A stretch of DNA of 64,000 nucleotides from an uncultured Acidobacteriota bacterium (GTDB lineage Bacteria; Acidobacteriota; Vicinamibacteria; Vicinamibacterales; UBA2999), in assembly GCA_963807405.1 (NCBI GenBank), contig CAWEBU010000009.1:881068-945067 (forward strand), given 5' to 3'. Within the stretch, counting starts at the first letter, position 1, and every line of letters starts with the position of its first letter. The position numbers and the translations under genes are program-made. Positions 59,418 to 64,000 of this stretch are shown one piece after another. The notes beneath the pieces are model-generated. The model worked only from the letters and a program-made list of their open reading frames with translations. It did not search any database and was not told where the DNA came from.

Positions 59418-61778
59418 ATGCGCCGCTTGGTCCCAGCCGCCGTCGTTCTGTCCCTCGCCGCCCTTGGCGCCGTCGCCTGGCTGACGTTGGGGGGGCCTGG
59501 TCATCAGGCAGAAGGCGCGGTCAAACTCGGGCGATTGCCCCAAGGCGTCGATCGGGCGTCCCTCAACCTGCTCGTCGTCACCCTCGACACCACCCGCGCC
59601 GACCGGATCGGTGCCTACGGCCGGCCGGCGGCGTCGACGACGCCGGTGTTCGACCGGCTGGCTGGCGAGGGGGTGCTGTTCGAACAGGCCATGACGTCGG
59701 CGCCGCTCACGCTGCCGGCTCACGCCACCATGTTCACCGGGCACTTCCCACCCCAGCACGGCGTGCGCGACAACGGCGGCTTCTTCCTCGACCCGTCCGC
59801 CACCACGCTGGCGGAACGGCTGCGGACGCGGGGCTACCGCACCGGCGCCTTCGTGGGCGCCTTCGTACTCGATTCGAAGTGGGGGCTCGACCAGGGCTTC
59901 GAGCACTACGCCGATGACTTCGACCTGTCCACGGTGAAGGCGCTGTCGCTCGGCACCGTGCAACGCCGTGCCGACGAGGTCGTGGATCTGGCCCTGCCCT
60001 GGCTCGAGTCGGTGGCGGACCAGAAGTTCTTCGCCTGGCTGCACTTCTACGACGCGCACGCCCCCTACGAGGCGCCGGAGCCGTTCGCCTCGCAGCACCG
60101 GGGGCAGCCCTACAACGGCGAGATCGCCTTCGCCGACGCGCAGCTCGGCCGCGTCGTCGAGTTCCTCGAGCGACGCGGTGTGCTCGACCGCACACTGGTC
60201 GTGGTGCTCGGCGACCACGGCGAGAGCCTCGGCGAGCACGACGAGGGCACGCACGGCTTCTTCGTCTATGAAACCGCCACCCACGTGCCGTTCCTGATTC
60301 GCGCGCCGTTCACCGCCACCACGGCCCGCCGGGTGGCCAGCGTCGTGCGCACGGCCGATCTGACGCCGACAGTGCTCGACCTGCTGGGCGCCGGGGTGGC
60401 CGCCGGCGAACCGCCGTCGCCGGGCCGGAGCCTCGTGCCGGTGATGACCGGCGCGAGCACGGATCTGGCCGCCGAGGGCTACGCCGAGGCGATGTACCCG
60501 TTGCACCACTACGGCTGGAGTGCGCTGCGCGCGGTGCGGGTCGGGCGGTACAAGCTGATCGAGGCGCCGCGCCCGGAACTCTTCGATCTGGACGCCGACC
60601 CGGGCGAGACCACCAACCTGTTCGACCAGCGCCGCGATGTCGCCAACCGGCTGCAGCGCGCCCTGCGCGGCCTGGAGGCCCAGTTCTCGCGCGCGGCTGC
60701 GCCGGTCACCGCCGAGGCCATCGATCCGGAGACGCGGGCGCGGCTCACCTCGCTCGGCTATGTCTCCAGTTTCGTGGCGACCGAGGGCGACGACACGGCG
60801 GCCCGTGCCGATCCGAAGGACAAGATCGCGCTCTTCAACCGGATGTCCGAGGCCCGCGATCTCGGCGCCGCGGACGACGCCGACACGGCCAGGGTCATCG
60901 CGCTGCTGCGCCAGGTGGTGACCGACGACCCACAGGTGATCGACGCGTGGTTCAACCTGGGCAACGTCTACTTCCGGCGCGGCGACTACACGACGGCGAT
61001 CACCCAGTTCCGGACCGCGCTCACGCTCAAGCCCGACTACGACCTGGCGCTCATCAACATGGCCAATGCCTACCGCGCCCTCGGACGGGACGACGAGGCG
61101 CTGGCCGGCTACGAGCACTACCTGCGCGTCGATCCGAAGAACGCCTGGGTGCACTACCAGGCGGGGGAGATCCACCTGGACCGTGGCGACGCCGGGCGCG
61201 CCAGCGAGTACTTCGAGGAGGCGCTGGCCCTCGACCCGAGGGTCGCCCCTGCCCGTGTCGCCCTCGGGGCGGTCGCGATCATGCGGGGGGATGCCGCCAC
61301 CGCGGATCGCGAGATCCGCGCCGCGCTCGAGGCCACGCCCGATGTGCGGCTGGCGCACTTCAACCTCGGTGTGCTGGCCGAGTCACGCGGTGATGTCGAG
61401 AGCGCGCTGGCCGCCTATCGACGCGAGTTCGCGCAGCATGCCGATGCCTACAAGGCGATCTTCAATGCCGCCCGGCTGCTGCAGCAGCGCCGCAGTCCCG
61501 AGGCATTGCCGCTCTTCGCGCGGGCCGTCGCCATCAACGCCCGCTTTGCGGAAGGGCATTTCTATCTGGCGCAGGCGCGGCTCGCTGGCGGCGATGTGGC
61601 GGGAGCGGTGACGGCGGCGCGCGCCGGGCTGGCGCTCGATCGGACGTCGGCGACGGCGCCACTCGGGCACTTCGTCCTCGCCGATGCCGCCATGCGGCAG
61701 GGACGTCTCGAGGAGGCCGCCCGCGAGCTCGCCGCCGGGAAGGCCCTCGAACAGCGGCGGGCACGTTCTCCGCACTGA
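59418..61778 (+). CDS. Sulfatase-like hydrolase fused to TPR repeats
   Basis: 'VTLDTTRAD', 'APLTLPAHATMFTG', 'HFYDAHAPY', 'GDHGE.LGEH' and 'LGYV', followed by multiple TPRs. Confidence 0.85.
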   Translation: MRRLVPAAVVLSLAALGAVAWLTLGGPGHQAEGAVKLGRLPQGVDRASLNLLVVTLDTTRADRIGAYGRPAASTTPVFDRLAGEGVLFEQAMTSAPLTLPAHATMFTGHFPPQHGVRDNGGFFLDPSATTLAERLRTRGYRTGAFVGAFVLDSKWGLDQGFEHYADDFDLSTVKALSLGTVQRRADEVVDLALPWLESVADQKFFAWLHFYDAHAPYEAPEPFASQHRGQPYNGEIAFADAQLGRVVEFLERRGVLDRTLVVVLGDHGESLGEHDEGTHGFFVYETATHVPFLIRAPFTATTARRVASVVRTADLTPTVLDLLGAGVAAGEPPSPGRSLVPVMTGASTDLAAEGYAEAMYPLHHYGWSALRAVRVGRYKLIEAPRPELFDLDADPGETTNLFDQRRDVANRLQRALRGLEAQFSRAAAPVTAEAIDPETRARLTSLGYVSSFVATEGDDTAARADPKDKIALFNRMSEARDLGAADDADTARVIALLRQVVTDDPQVIDAWFNLGNVYFRRGDYTTAITQFRTALTLKPDYDLALINMANAYRALGRDDEALAGYEHYLRVDPKNAWVHYQAGEIHLDRGDAGRASEYFEEALALDPRVAPARVALGAVAIMRGDAATADREIRAALEATPDVRLAHFNLGVLAESRGDVESALAAYRREFAQHADAYKAIFNAARLLQQRRSPEALPLFARAVAINARFAEGHFYLAQARLAGGDVAGAVTAARAGLALDRTSATAPLGHFVLADAAMRQGRLEEAARELAAGKALEQRRARSPH

Positions 61779-61857
61779 GGGCGTCATTGAGAGTGACGGG
61801 AGCCACCGGGGGCGAGCCCGAAGTGAATCAGATAGAATTGTCGGCTGAGCATCCTGA

Positions 61858-62534
61858 ATGAGACTTCTCCAGGCAACATCGACATCGATTGGTTCTAAAA
61901 TCCTCATCGCTCTCACGGGCCTGGCGCTGGGGGTCTTCCTCATCAGCCACCTGGCTGGCAACCTCCTCTTCCTCGCCGGCCCGGACGCCTTCAACCAGTA
62001 CGGGCACACCCTGACGAGCAATCCGCTCATCTTCGTGGCCGAGGCGGGTCTGATTGCCGTCTTCCTGCTGCACATCGTCAAGACGGCGAGCGGCTTCCTG
62101 GCCAATCGCGCCGCCCGTCCCGAGCGCTACGCGGCGAACAAGTGGGCGAAGACCAAGAGCTCGGCGAGCCGCAAGTCACTGGCCTCGACGACCATGATCC
62201 TGACCGGGTCGATCACGCTGCTGTTCGTGGTGACGCACCTGGTGACGTTCAAGTTCGGCACCTACTACGAATCGCCGGCCGGCATCCGTGACATCTACCG
62301 GCTGCAGCTCGAGGTCTTCAGCAACCCCGGCTACGTCGTCTTCTACCTGGTGGCGATGGGCGTCATCTTCTTCCACCTGTGGCATGGGCTGTCGAGTGCC
62401 GCGCAGTCGCTCGGCATCAGCCACCCCAACTGGACGCCCCGCATCCTCGTGCTGGGGCGGGTGCTCACGGCCGTCATCGCCGGCGGGTTCTTCATCCTCC
62501 CGATTGCTACCTTCATGATTTCGCGGGGCGCGCG

Positions 62535-62538
<4 letters not shown>
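61858..62538 (+). CDS. sdhC: Succinate dehydrogenase cytochrome b subunit (b558 family)
   Basis: 'SIGSK...ALTG...FL..HL.GNL'; His residues in TM segments; 'HLWHG..SA.QSLG'. Confidence 0.88.

Positions 62539-64000
<1,462 letters not shown>

Overview
High-GC bacterial window. The gene repertoire (Oar-type TonB receptor, FN3-rich surface protein, ECF/Ser-Thr kinase pair, sulfatase-TPR fusion) suggests Acidobacteriota, possibly Vicinamibacteria; this is inference only. Left to right it holds: the end of an SLC12-like transporter; a glycogen/trehalose cluster (glgB, treS, a glycosyltransferase, a CmpX-like membrane protein, maltokinase, a small HTH-like gene, treZ, treY) with two near-identical sigma-54-type promoters; MATE, hydrolases and peptidases; a diguanylate cyclase; a chrB-like regulator with a palindromic operator, followed by a Tat-signal SufS-like PLP enzyme lacking the catalytic cysteine; a divergent vanadium-haloperoxidase-like gene; a selenocysteine formate dehydrogenase operon (in-frame TGA plus SECIS); trkA-trkH; an ECF/FN3-FG-GAP/kinase module; a CHT1-like symporter; and two different succinate dehydrogenase operons. 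Many genes between about 17 and 51 kb carry single-base indels that look like long-read assembly errors. No rRNA, tRNA, CRISPR array or transposase was recognised. All calls come from reading motifs by eye; no database search was run.
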